DNA of 64,000 nt. Origin: Balanoglossus misakiensis. Its lineage: Eukaryota > Animalia > Hemichordata. Positions within the stretch are counted from its first letter, which is position 1, and every line of letters starts with the position of its first letter. The notes beneath the pieces were generated by a model. The model was not told where the DNA came from. It saw nothing but the letters and a program-made list of their open reading frames with translations, and ran no database searches. The stretch is from contig CM082591.2 of NCBI GenBank assembly GCA_040954595.2, positions 5,363,009 through 5,427,008 of the forward strand, written 5' to 3'. The position numbers and the translations under genes were made by a program. Positions 1 to 13,500 of the stretch are shown piece by piece.

Positions 1-3000
1 AGATTGCCCGGTTCCTTTTTATAACCTCTTGTTAAATTTGGGTATGATAAATTCATAAGTTGGTCGAATGGAAAACGACGTTAATGTGCTCGACTTCAGA
101 TGTAATACACGCCCTCAGTGGCTTGGCCAGTGAATTTTGGCTCACCCTCATGGCCAATAGAGTACCTGTCACTTCAATTCTTTTCACAAAAGAATTTATC
201 TGTACTAATCTGTGTATCATATTGACACATGACACATGACCCTATTTTGCATAACAAAGGTTGTGTAACTTTGCTCAATGAATTTGGTTGAATCGTCTCT
301 ACCGCATCACTGACGTGTACTGAAGTGAAAATATCACAATCGAAACTTTAATTGTCGTCAGAGTTGAGGAAACATGCAATAATAAGAGAACTTCATGACC
401 TCTGCCGCAGAATACACCGCATCACTCGTGAAAATAACTTCAGTACGGCAGAGATCGCAAGCAGATATCTTGGAGTTCAGTAATATGTCTAGTCGTCTTG
501 CGTTAACTTTGTAGGATACATGGGATATATGCTATTGGAGTTCTGAAGAAAAACAAATAAAATGAAAATATTTGGATATGTCTTTAATCCTCCATTTGAG
601 TTCATTTAATGATAATCGCATGATGTCAAATGTGATTGTACACTAACAATGAATGCGTGTATGTCAATCATATTCTTTTTTCGTGTGAATCACACAGATG
701 TATGGGAAGATTGTTTATCTGAAATGATTACGGAAATTATGCCGTGCTCTAACATAAACAAGAAAGGGGTTATCTATACTTGAGATAGCAACTAACCTAT
801 CGTTTTACCAAACTATAAAATCGGTTACCAATCTGATAAGCTTGCGAAAACTGCATGTTCGAAAGACAGACAAGACAAGCGCCAAACAACTAACGAATGT
901 AGTCTGACAAAATAAACATTCAGACGCCTTTCATAACAACATAGCTTGTCGCCAGTGTTCAAAATAGTTCCATGAAAGGTTTTTACATATACCTTATTGA
1001 ACGATAATCTACAAGGAATCAATAAAATACACATTCTATAATATTTTGGCATGTCAATATTACGTATTCATTTGTCGTTTTGAAATGGTCAATCGCGTAG
1101 CATAGAACCGTATTCCTCCCGCTCTTGCGGATTGATATGCATGATGTCATTTGTTTACATTCTGTTGCGGGTGAGATATAGACGCGCTCGAACTCTGACA
1201 CATCCGAGCGAGCGAGATATTAGTTTGTCCTGGCAATCATCGACACCGACAGTCACATAATAATCAGATCAAATCATGTGGCTGGAGACGATTGCGAGCA
1301 AGCTGCAGCTGCTACTTAGCATGCTTAGTAGGCTCATGGAGCTTCCGCAGAGGGGGAGGGGGTCGGCCGAGTGTCATGTTTTCGGTAGTGCTTTTGAATC
1401 TCGCTCAATAAAAAAGTAGTTCCGGATATTGAACGCGTCTTCCAAATATGGTCACCGGCCGCGGGGTGTGATACGTGAGACAAACTGCGCGGATGTAAGG
1501 GCGCTTTTCCCCATTAGACTTACATGGGCTCGTGAATCTAGATATATGATAATTTTACTTTCGATATGAATTAAATTCCTTATTTCCTTCAAAAGAAATT
1601 TGTAAATTAACAAGCAAAATATAACATAGTTCATTATGAAAGTGAAACAAGAACACTTGGTAATCTGTTAATAACACCATTCAGACGGGAGCTTCACTGT
1701 TTGCCTATCCATGCCAGAATTAATGACAAATGTTTTCTTTTTCATATAAAGTTTTGCCCAATCGAGAACCTGCCCATTTTAGAGCCAGCGAATGGAGCCA
1801 GCGAACTGGGAGCGGAAACAAATGGGTTATCGTTCTTTCTCTAATGCTTCCCCCACTGTATGGATGCCTTATCAAAAGAAATTAGATTGTCACCATCTGT
1901 TCATCTTCTAAAACAAGACACGCCATTTTAGAAACAACGTCACGGTGATTCAGCGATCTGATGTTTACCGTGCTGTCTTTGTATTGCATTGTTACTGTCT
2001 GTGTCGTGGGAATGGGAACTTACTGTGTTGTTTACTATCACATCATTTGAAACTAAGAGAACCAAACGTCAATGTAAATTACTCATTATCAATATAAAAC
2101 TATAACCTTTATACAGAATTTTCCACCCTGTAACACTCAAAATTTCAGAAATACATGTATATATTTGCATCCCGGAGAACCTCGTTTACGGCCAACAACA
2201 GGTAGAGTTGACTTTTCAGAGCCCTCTGAGTCAGAGGGCTCTGACTCAGAGCCCCTCAGAGTCCTCTGAAGTTTCAGAACCTCAGAACCCGGACCTCAGA
2301 ATTCTTTTTGACCTCAGATATAACCCCAAAATGCACTGTATAATTAAATATAACGATTACAAATAGGTGTAAGTGTTCCCAAAATTTAATACTCCCGCAG
2401 AAAATACGACGTATTACATTGTATGGCGAGATCGTGACTGCCATATTTGTTTTCGAAGTTTATGTCGATTTCAGATTCAGATTTGGCTACGGATTCCGAT
2501 TCACCAGTAACGCGTTTCTTTTCCTCACTGCTCCGCGAAAACCACTAACTCGTATACGATGACGTCAAACAAAGAAAGATATCATGGGATTATATGTAAA
2601 TAAAAGACGATAATGTACACGCTACAGCAGTTAACCTTCAAGTTCGTGAGACGATGCAAATATACGCCACCTGTTTCTGGCAATACAATATTAATATAGA
2701 CACCCAGCAAATCATCCTTTTGACTGACCGCCATCTTGAATCTTTGCTATTGCTGTAATTTACCAGCGTAATTTTTACCAGCCCTGAATACTGGTGAAAT
2801 CACTAGCTGAAACACTATATAAATATTACAATGAAAACTACTTTCGTGAATTCTAGTGGACGAGATTGTGCTTTATTATGAACAAGTTAGATATCTGTTG
2901 CTATCTGAAAATAGATCTGATAACCAAAACTTATTTATGAGCATGTCACAAGTTGTTTATAATTTCAGATAAACCAATCTGCCACCAATCTGTGTGATTC

Positions 3001-3765
3001 TCACGAAAAAAAGAATATAAACAAGCATGCACATGTGTATTTCTAAACAAACTGTTTTGCTCTACATTTAGAGGAACCACATCGTTATACAATCAATTTG
3101 CATTTCGCGGGATTCGGATCCACACCTACCGCACCAATTCACGTAGCAAGCAAAACCTCTACGCTAAAAACGGTAAGCAAATTGTTGTTGAATGTCTACT
3201 TCCAACAATTGCTATTTTTGTTTTATCAAGAAAATTCTGTGTTAAACATGCTGGTGAAACAATACATGCATGTCAATGATAATTTTAAAAACATTTTTTT
3301 TCGACGTATATGTACACTATTGACTAAATTTTCATGTTTTGTACACATTACCCAAGCGTCAGATTTAATAGAAAATTCATTTACTGTACACGCTGTGTCA
3401 ATTCAGGCAAAAAATATGATGCAGATAGAGAAAAATTTACTTTGTGAACTTTTGACCGGATTTTACATACTAGATAAAATTTTAATCGTCATAATATTTT
3501 ACTTAAAAAATTGCATTTCATAAAAAATACTTTGGAAACTTGAAATTTCAGGAGATAGAAGAGTTGTTATCACTAAACATCTGTTCGCGATTCCATGACG
3601 TTGTGAGTTAGTATGGATGAAATATCTCTCGCAATGAAATAGTATTGTATCTAAGTAATAAAATACGTATATACGATATCTATCCTTCCAGCAGCACATT
3701 ATATAGGGTTTCTTGTTAAAACATCCCTGTGTCTTTTCCTTCTCTGTATATAGGAAACAAACAGG

Positions 3766-6493
3766 ATGATTTGGAGCAATCTTGGGACATTATTTGCCTT
3801 ACTGTGTGTGTTACCAGAAAATGGTAATTAATAATTTCTTATTCCTTTCTTTTGTTCTGCGTAAAATCAATACCCAAAGGTACTTTGAATTCACAATTCT
3901 TTTCGTTATTATATTTGTATGTTTGTATAGCTTTTGCAGCGTGTCCATATGGCTATATTGAATGGAATGGAAATTGCTACAAAGTAGTCGAAAGCAACTA
4001 CAACTATGAGGATGCATACAGAAGTTGTACTACAAATGTACAGGGTGGTCATTTGGCCTCTATTCACTCCTTTGAGGAAAATAAATTCATACTATCACTT
4101 ATGAAAACATCTGATGTGTGGATTGGCTTAAATGACAGGACAAAGGTAGGAGTCTCTGAATATTATACCAAAATAGTAAAAGTCACCCATTTCCCTTCCT
4201 TTCGATCGGTCGAGTGTGTGACATAGGTGAAAATCATTGTTTCTGTTTGATAAGTAACAACTTGGCTTATTGCGGTAACTTTCGAAAACAAATTCAATTT
4301 TCTTGCCTGCAATCATTAGTTTATGACATACTACGGATGCTAAGCAAGGTCCATAGGAAAACTTAGGAATGAAGTCTGAAAAATTAATGTTCCCCTTTGA
4401 AAATCGTGTGTCAGTCAGGCCTCACTAATGTTACACATATAACTTTGTAAGTGTGAGAACTTAAGCACGCCATGCGGGCGAGTTCATAGCTTGAAAATGT
4501 AGTTACCCACATGGCGTAGATTATTTTACATTTGACTTGTTTTTCGACGATCTTGTAATTGACACGTCAATACATGCGGCCACAACTTGGGATTCAATCA
4601 CTATTTTTGTGAAATGCCAATAAATTTAAAACGTCTGCGTTGTCATCCACCCATTCATCCTTACAGTACAATATGTGCTTTTTGAGTGCTTAAAATGCAA
4701 GATTTGAAAAAAAGCTTCTTTCAAATTTCTCTGCTAGTCAGTGCATTGTTGGTGAGATTTTGACTTAAATGAAAATAATATCCTTAAGGTAGTACGTGCC
4801 TCGGAGAGAGATTTCATAAAAATGATACACTTAGTCCTACAAAACCTTTTTTTCTTTGCTTTAGTATAGTGCGTGGGAAGTCTTTCTGAAATCAACGAAG
4901 AAAATTTGGTTTTCACCGTCTTGTTTTCATAAATATTACTTCTTTCAATTTTCTCCACAGAGTATAGCACACATATCGGTGGCCATTTTTTTTTAAATTT
5001 TAAGTTACTTTGCCTTCATTCAAAATTTTGGTCAGCGACTCCCATTTTTATTCTCAGTCTTATGAGAGAAGGCTGTCTTGAGCAAAATGTCAGAAATACT
5101 TTAATACTTTAAGTCACACTACTTTAAATAGAGACTCCCGGTGTGTGACGCTGGCCATATGCATACACTGGGTGATATACTAGGATAATTGTGCCAATGA
5201 TGGTTTATCATGAACTGCACTAAATATTTACAGTTAGGTTCCCATTCCACACGCACTATGGTTTAGCTAGGTCATCTTATTTTGAGTAGCCAGGATAGTC
5301 AGAACGTAAGCGCTCGAGTAGGCTTATTTCATTAAATTCTTTCATTATCCAGTGTTCGTGTCGATATATTTGGATGTCAGCACGATTCCGTATAGGTACC
5401 CCTCAGTATTAGTCATCCGAGTTAGCCCTACCGACAGAGTTTAATTCCTCTTTACAATATATTCACGACACAACCGCGTGACATTTTGCCATTATTACTC
5501 TCAGGAAGGAGAATTTAAGTGGACTGATGGCACACCTGTAGGTTTTCAATTCTGGGATGCTGGAGAACCAAACGATAGATTTAGTAGTGAAGATTGTGTT
5601 GAACTGTATCTTAACTATGGTAAGATTGCAATTTCCAAAGGTTCCATGTGACGTCTACGATTTCTGCCTTGATTGTACATTGCATGGCAGTCGACAATCA
5701 CAATAAATCTTATCACCCTACTTTTAGACAATCGACAGACAGAGCATTATGGGAGTATGCATAGGCTACATGAGATTGTTTTATAGGTTGATAGCACAGA
5801 CGTAGCATCTCGTGGTTGTGTTTTCGTGTCCAATGTTGCAACTGGTATAGTTTTGAACGTCTTTGTATATAAAACAGAATCTATAAACGAAAATTATCTA
5901 ATAGCCATATCCAATTTCGAATTTCAAGATATTGAGAAATGTGTAAACTTTTATGTGTTGGTAAAATTTAGTGGTTAAATCATGCTGACCTCAGCAATTA
6001 TTTAAACATAACGGTGACAGTGTACGACTCTCCTGCATAATCGCTGCCATTGCTGCATTAGATATTTTGAATCAGATCGACAGTCAGGTGAAATGCGTAA
6101 ACAATCAATCGAACGGTTCTCTAATAGTCTTAAATACTAATTTTGATATTTGGTGGGAAAACTATAAAAATCAACTTGCTAGTCGCAGGCAACTTCATAC
6201 GTTTGCCAGGAGATTCCACATGCGCAGATAGTAGAAATCAATTTTAATCAACAAACACATGTGTATTCGGTAAATAGATACCAAAACAATTCTCCGCGAC
6301 CAAATATACCCGTAGGTGACATTTTCGCTGCAATCCAACCTGTTATTATTATAATTAGTCCGATTATTATAATGTTATAGCTTTTTATTTAATAGTTTTT
6401 ATTATTATATATGATGTTGCAGATGGCAAGTGGAACGATGGATCATGTGACTACGCGCAGCATTACGTGTGTAAAGCTCCTCTGACTGCGTAA
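3766..6493 (+). CDS. Secreted single-domain C-type lectin (EPN/WND type), 4 coding exons
   Basis: Exons 3766-3823 (signal peptide [19 protein letters not shown]), 3931-4145 ([14 protein letters not shown]...GGHLASIHS...[10 protein letters not shown]), 5505-5619 ([10 protein letters not shown]...WDAGEPND...EDCVEL) and 6423-6493 ([17 protein letters not shown]...stop). All introns are GT-AG with compatible phases (1,0,1). Canonical CTLD cysteines and WIGL, EPN and WND motifs are present. Confidence 0.93.
4784..5127. mobile_element. Non-autonomous DNA element flanked by TTAA (Kolobok-like ends) in lectin intron 2
   Basis: Begins TTAAGGTAGTACGTG and ends CACACTACTTTAA (imperfect terminal inverted repeat). 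A related partial copy lies at about 28733-28920 (shared TTCTCCAyAGA...GGCCATTTT...CAAAATTTTG...GAGAGAA...CTACTTTAA). The superfamily is inferred only from the TTAA duplication and purine-rich termini. Confidence 0.6.
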
Positions 6494-6773
6494 AGATTGT
6501 GCACATGTAATGTTTTCATGCAAAAAAATTGTTTTTGAAATCATTCTGTTATTTACTCAAATGGATGATTAAAGCTATATCCAAATAGTTTCATTAGTGG
6601 ATTTCTTCAGACCCTCACAGCATATATTCCCTGCAGTGTCCTACACGACACAAAGCGACTATTTCTGCTAGTGTGAAAGTTTTAATTCGTTGTCACTATT
6701 AGACATACATGTTCCCATGAACCAAATTAGGTCATTTTATTCAATATTCATTTTATTACACGCTTAAATAAGA

Positions 6774-6945
6774 TTAAAGGTATACAGTCACCTCCAATTT
6801 ACATACGCTCATATAAGGCTGAAATGGAGTATTTGAGTGTTCTACAGAACATATGGTGGCGCTCTTTTTTCGCGTGTGCCACCAACTGAAAAATCTGTAA
6901 TTGGCTATACTAGATCTAATTTTGCCATGGTAACTATAGCAAAAT
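6774..6945. mobile_element. Truncated copy of a TTAA-flanked MITE (TTAAAGGTATACAGTCACCTCC end)
   Basis: Same left end and internal CTAGATCT...CCATGGTAACTrTAGC as the complete copy at 36398-36516 and the partial copy at 39283-39407. The right terminal repeat is missing and 28S rRNA sequence follows in its place. Confidence 0.7.
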
Positions 6946-7073
6946 TTCCCTGCTAGTGGGTGAACAATCCAACGCTTGGCGAATTCTGCTTCGCATTGAT
7001 AGGAAGAGCCGATATCGAATGATCAAAAAGCGACTCGACGTCGCTATGAACGCTTGGCCGCCACAAGCCAGTC

Positions 7074-7104
<31 letters not shown>

Positions 7105-7189
7105 TTTGAAACCCCCAACCTGAAAACGATCGACAGGCCGCGCTTTCATGGTCTGTATTCGCATTAGAAAGCAAAATCACGCGAGCTTT
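6946..7189 (-). pseudogene. Degenerate 28S rRNA fragment (domain V, peptidyl-transferase region)
   Basis: The reverse complement reads GAAAGCGCGGCCT...GAGGTGTCAGAAAAGTTACCACAGGGATGACTGGCTTGTGGCGGCCAAGCGTTCATAGCGACGTCG...TCGGCTCTTCCTATCA...GCAGAATTCGCCAAGCGTTGGATTGTTCACCCACTAG, which matches universally conserved eukaryotic LSU sequence. It is isolated, about 245 bp long, and carries substitutions and a 5-nt insertion in conserved positions. Confidence 0.92.
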
Positions 7190-7599
7190 ATACACGCCAC
7201 CAGTGGCTTGGTTAGTAATCTCTGGCTCACCCTATATGGCTATTAAACTACCTGTCACTTCGACTCTTTTCACTGGAACTGGGTTTATGTTTATAAACTT
7301 TTACAGGAAGTACGCCCCCCCCCCAAAAAAAAAAAAAAAAAAAAAAAACAACAACTGGGGGCATAAATTCCTAGGCGAACTGGATTCAACACGACGATTT
7401 GCTAGGTCGTTGTGGTTGACACAGCTCGAGACGGTTAGTATCTCCATCTTCCGCTGTGAAGAAAGTGTTCACTGCATAACATGCAAAGTGTATGTTAATG
7501 ATTAATGTCACTCCTCCAGACATGACCTCTGAACCAGGAAGTTCGGAGATGTTGGAACTGGTCAGTCCTGCCAACAGTGGCAGCGCGAGCGGAGAAATC

Positions 7600-10500
7600 A
7601 TGACACACTTCCACAAGGCTTTTTTCACAGCTGTTGTAACTGTGCTACAAGTCGTCATTGCGATTTCAGGTAAGAAAGTCAAGATTCGTCAGTTTTAAAT
7701 GCTGTAATAGATGGCTTGGGAGAGCTCTGCTTTATGCCGGCGAACGTTTAATCCCGGAAACTTTGTCTGTTTGGAGTTATCGTTCCCAGCGATTACGTAA
7801 TCAACGAAGGACTACCGTGAGACCAAACAAACTTTTGTTAATTACCAGTGTGAACGGTCGTTTCCCTTTTTTCCTACTTTGATTCGAGCCCATGTCCCAT
7901 GCTGTGAGATAGTTGAACTTCAACGGATAGGGAATGCATGTAGTACATACGTGTAACGAAGGCCGATGGTGAATAATAGGATACCATCGGCGTGCCCTCT
8001 TCCTGCTGCACGGGAAAAAAGGAAGTTGTGTAACCTAATCTGATGGAATACGTTTGATGTAGGTGTATGGATGTGTCCGTTCTCTTCATCAAGGCCACAA
8101 CACGATTCAAGAAAAAAAAGATATAGCCATCTTAACGTCTAATTTCCATCACATTGTAACAAAGCCATTAAGGCATGACTGAACACGGGGGAAATTATTC
8201 AAAATAATTTTGAACTATTATACTATTCAAAATATAGTTCTCCGTGCAGTAGAAGTGCATATATTCTCCCGTCTCTGTGTCAGTTCTGAAAGTTAAGAAT
8301 ATTGCTACATCTATTTTTTGATAAATTCATGTGTCAAAATTGTCACAAAATCGCGTTGTAACTATAATTCGTTCCATATGATGTGTCTCTTTGCAGAATC
8401 TGAGCACGTGCGGCTAGTCCACGGAAAAACGCCGTATGAAGGTCAAGTTGAGATGTATATTGAAGAAAAAGGGGGATGGCTGCCTGTGCTATATTTCCGT
8501 ACGTCTTATGGTGAACCAAATTGGGGTTTCCAGGCTGCCAACATTCTTTGCAAAGAGTTGGGTATGTTGAATCGAAATGCAAATATTTTGATAAAGGGAA
8601 GTGCGAAATTTAAGTCTGCACTTTTAAGGGATTAAAACTTAACTACAAACGCACTGAAAAATGGTTTTGCAGCTAAAATATGCCTATCGCCTGGGAAACG
8701 CAACCGTACTTCTGACAGACACAATGCAATGATGTTGACATTGATATTACTTGACCTGGGACAACACAACTTAGACCTAAACTGATAAGTGCTCTTGAAT
8801 ACCCACGCAGCCAGAAATATATTTACCCATACGCTTGTTTATACGTCTGTAGCAATTACAGGAAGACTGTTGATGTCAGATAATCACATGTACGGAAGAA
8901 TGACTTGTCCGTCATACTTGATCTTTCACACGAAATTTAACCCATGTTAAAGTAGAAGTTGGTTTAATTTTGGTTCTGTTTTGTATATAGCATTTGGTGT
9001 TTGATGACCATATAATACAATGGACTCGCTGAGGAGGTCACTTTCGTGACCTCTATATGACCTTGCATCCTTGTACTTCTGTAGGTATGGCGTTGTCAAA
9101 ATTCAACATTTTGGCACAAGAAACGTGTAAAATATTGCTTGAAAAAGGGTTACTTTCGCAATTCTGTACACAATGTATTGACTGCAGTTTCAATTGTTTT
9201 TGTAGAAGTTTAAGTCCACCTGATAGATTCTTACCAACGGAAGTACGAGGATGTAAGGTCACGTAGGGGTCATGAAAATGCCTATAATGTCTCCTTTAAC
9301 TTACACACAGTTCCTTCTTGTCTTGTCTTCATTGAAGGATACCTCGGTGCCATGTACCACGGACGGGAAGGGGGAGCACTCGACGGCGACCAGAGACTTC
9401 GCATCTCAAATATTCAATGTGATGAAGATGATGTATCGCTCTTGAGTTGTGACTTCGATTTTTACTCTGGTGCTTACAAGACCGCGGCGACAGCTAGGTG
9501 TAACTGTGAGTATTACTCAGCCGAGTTTTAAATCTATGATGTGGACAAGTAATACAACTATTCAGATATTCACATAGAAAAAATGAAAGTGTAGGCGTAG
9601 CACACTGCGCAAAATTACAATGAGACATCCTTCCTTGAGTATCAATACTCTAGAAAATTGTCTTGATAATTTCTGAAGTTTGCAAAATCATCAGTCTCGA
9701 TATCTGTTTACTCCGATAGATAGGCCATAGATTCGTGAAATAAAACATTCGTCGTTTTCATTTCACATTAAATGGACAAAGTCTCTCTCTCGCTGCCCTT
9801 TTTTCCACTAATTATATTTGATACAAGGCACCGTTTGTTATTCTACATGTGGATATATAGTGAATGAACGTTCACCCACACACAACTTCCATCCCTCTTA
9901 TAGACAGGAGAGTGAAAAAACTCGCCAAAATGAATAATCGTTCTTTACCATTTATTCATTTTGGGCGAGTTTTTACTCTCGTATCATACAAGTGGGAAGG
10001 AAGTTTTGTGTGGTTGATCATTGATTCACTATATATCCACATTTACATTAACATAAACGGTGTCTTGTATCAAACATAATTAATGGAAAAGGGGCAGCTG
10101 GAGAGAGACTTTGTCCCTTTAATTATATATTAGCCACAATGTATTTCAAACAGACGATGCCTATCTGGGCTGCTATAGTGGTGAGTTAACAGAAACGCTA
10201 CCGTACAACAGAGATACGACAATTCAGATGTGTCTTGAGACGTGTCGTAGCAAATATCTGACTTATGCTGGCTTGCGGCGCGGTGGGTACTGTTTCTGTG
10301 GCAACGAGTCAGACTACAGATCCCTTAGCAGAGAACCTGACGATCAGTGTGGATCTCCATGTGCCGGCGACAGCAGTCATAATTGTGGAGGCAGAGACGA
10401 ACTGGCAATTTATTCGGGTGTGAGAAATCATTGAAATCTAACTTGTCCTAACAATCAAATCTTCACGTCAATGTTGTTAAAAGTTAACAAGAGTAATATT

Positions 10501-13500
10501 TACGCGACAGAATATTTTATCCTTAAATCCAAGTATTGTAGCTAAACTTTTACCGCTTGTGTTTTTCCCTTTGCAGCATCAATGGGTGGGTGTGGTGGAC
10601 GGTTGAACGGATCTGGGATTATTTACTCGCAAGGATTTCCGGGAAACTATCCAGAAGATCAAGTTTGCGAGTGGCGTGTCTCTGCACAGCGAGGAAGTGC
10701 TATTGAATTTCAAGTCGTCTTCTATGAAGTTGCTGGGCTTGGTGATAATTTGACGATAAGCGAAATTCATGGAGGAGAAACGCGAGATTTAGGTGTGGGG
10801 AATGCGTCGTGCACGAATGAAGTGTTAGTCACATTCAAGTCAGGAGCCGCCAGCTCCCGTCATTCGAGGGGAATGTTCGGTCTGAAATATGGAGGTACGT
10901 GTAGATGTTCACTCCGATTAAATTCCGACAGGAGATTAGGATATTCAGACCGGTGCCGATGTCGTCATGGCCGATGTAAGTGGTTCTATCTGTGGTAAAC
11001 CAAGTTTGTACCTATATAATCAGTGAAAACGGCTCAAAGGATGAACAAGATGGCCTATTCCGGGTTTGAGATGAATATTATATAAACATCAGATGACATC
11101 AGATAATATTATAAGTATCAACATGTGAAGGAGAAAGATATCAAAACATAATTGTATGGTGCAATAATTTTAATACTCTGTGACGCGACCTGGGTCGGAT
11201 GTGTTGAAGGTCATGTAATTTGAGATGCATGAAAGTTTCTTCTCGACATTTAGACGCATAAGCCTCTACAGCTATTTGTTTCCACTTTACTTGACCTTTA
11301 CGCAGCCTGTCATAAAACAGCGAAGCGTTTTGTTTCACTCTGTTTTGGAGAGGTAACATGTATCAAATGTTTTGTTTCAATACATTCTTAAACTCCAATT
11401 CTCCAATTACAGAAATACGGGCATGTCAGTCACCCCACAATCTCCTCGATGGAAACTTCCATCACAACGGATCGTGTCCATATCTACCCGGTGACACTAT
11501 TTCCATTATCTGCAAGACAGGTTTCAATCTCAGCACTACCCATGATGCCATACAGTGTCAACCAGATGGTACATGGGATAATGCACTCCCACAATGCACA
11601 GGTATGGTCCAGTACCCATGGTGATGTTTTGATGTATACTTCAGCAATTTAAGATTGCTACACATATTTATTTCTGCAAACAAATACATTGGACCGACGT
11701 CGACGTTCTTTGATGTCAAAAACCTATACATTATTACCGCCATTGGAATTATTTCGGGATAATTGCGCTTGGATAAAAATTTGCAAAAATTCACTGCAGA
11801 GTATAAAGTTACACTGGCTGTCAACACAAATACTACTGTATTTCCGTTGACTGAGTCAGTGACCCTATTTTAATCATTTCCCTTGTAAGTTTGATTACTT
11901 GACGATAAAGGATATTTTTGGCAAGCGGACATCGTGTAATTGTCCTCAAGTGGTACAAAAACGAGTCATGATGATACATTTAGAAAATATGTAATTTGAC
12001 TGGCAGATGTAACTCGCGTTGAGCAGTGACTTTTGGAACAAAATAAGGTGATGCAGTTCCACTAGCATAAAATTGTGCCTAAGCTATCTCTCTCCCCCTC
12101 TCTTCCCTCTCTATCTCTCAGTTATCAACTGTACAGATCCAGGTGAAGTCCAAAATGCAGACAGAGTCGGGGACGAATACAGCTACAATAGCACAGTTCA
12201 ATACATATGCGATGATGGTTACTACATCATTGGCGATGACGTCATTCAGTGTACCATCGAAGGGGAATGGACTGAGAAACCAACCTGCATTAAAAATGGT
12301 AAACATAATTATTTATGTAAAATTCACAATGTTCCACAGGAGTATTTTATCGTCAAGAAGCCCAACCCCTCCTAACAATAAACGTTAACTATAGTTTACA
12401 TTACAACACTATTATATGCACGGAAAGCCCTCAAACTCCTTCTTTAGTAACTTACTTTAAAAATAATCGATTTTCAGTTCTGCTAATGTAAACCAAGATG
12501 AACTTCTTTTGTGTAGCTCGACAATGGAAATGTTCCGTATAAAAATTGTATTTCTCGCACAGAAAGGGAAGTTATATATGCACATTAGTCGGGGAGAGGA
12601 AATGACTCGGGTCAGCTGTGTATCGGATAGCAGCCTATAGTTCATTCAACTTTCATTCATTCATTCATTCATTCAGTCAGTCATTCATTCATTCTTCCAT
12701 TCATTCATTCATTCTGTCAGTCAGTCAGTCAGTCATATGTATTTATTTTCTTTCTTTCGTAGCTACTCATCTGTCAGTGAGAAATGCGTCAACAGGAGCA
12801 GGTAGGAAGCAACATTATATTGTGAATCAGAGAGAGACTTTGGTTCAAAAGACCACTTCTCATGTTTACTCATCTTATAAAATTGATTATGTCTACGGTC
12901 TGTTAGACATACAAATTATGACTCCACGTATTTTGCGTTGTTATTCGAGACACAAAATACTGGCAGAAATAGGAAGACATCATATAGATATGGGTCCAAT
13001 CAGTTTTGTAAATATTGTTTTCCTAACCGAATTCTGTCAGCCTGCCTTGTTAAATGTATGCAAAATTTATTGGTGTAACTCATATTTTACAACGGTCTTG
13101 CTTACATTACAGCTGCGGGGATAATCATTGCCGTGGTTGCAGTGGGCCTAGTTGCCATCGGTCTGGCCATAATTGCTTACATTTGTAGACGGTATGTGCA
13201 GCAGAAAATGCAACGGCCATGTTCCATTTTACGGAATCATTTTTTTCCTGGCTGCTGTGTTTTTATCTAGTGTTGAAAACATATGCTGCGTTCTTGTGGT
13301 TAATGATTATTTACGCGAGTTTATGTGAACGCATCGGGCTCATATTTGCCGCGGAAGCCAAAATATTAGATAATGCGAACCACGTCATCTAAACTAGCAT
13401 TTGTTTAGTCTTTCTGCTTGCTCTACCATCGTATTATGTCATTGATATTTTAAATATTCTTGCTTCACGTCTTTTTCTGTTCGACATTCATGTTTCAGGA

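Noticed and set aside
6953-7195. 80-aa minus-strand ORF (…GVRKVTTGMTGLWRPSVHSDV…)
   Set aside because: It is a translation of the 28S rRNA fragment, a well-known source of spurious proteins.
7315-7348. Poly(C)-poly(A) tract as a retroposition tail of the 28S fragment
   Set aside because: It is on the wrong strand and side for a tail of the minus-strand fragment, is about 125 bp away, and no TSD is visible.
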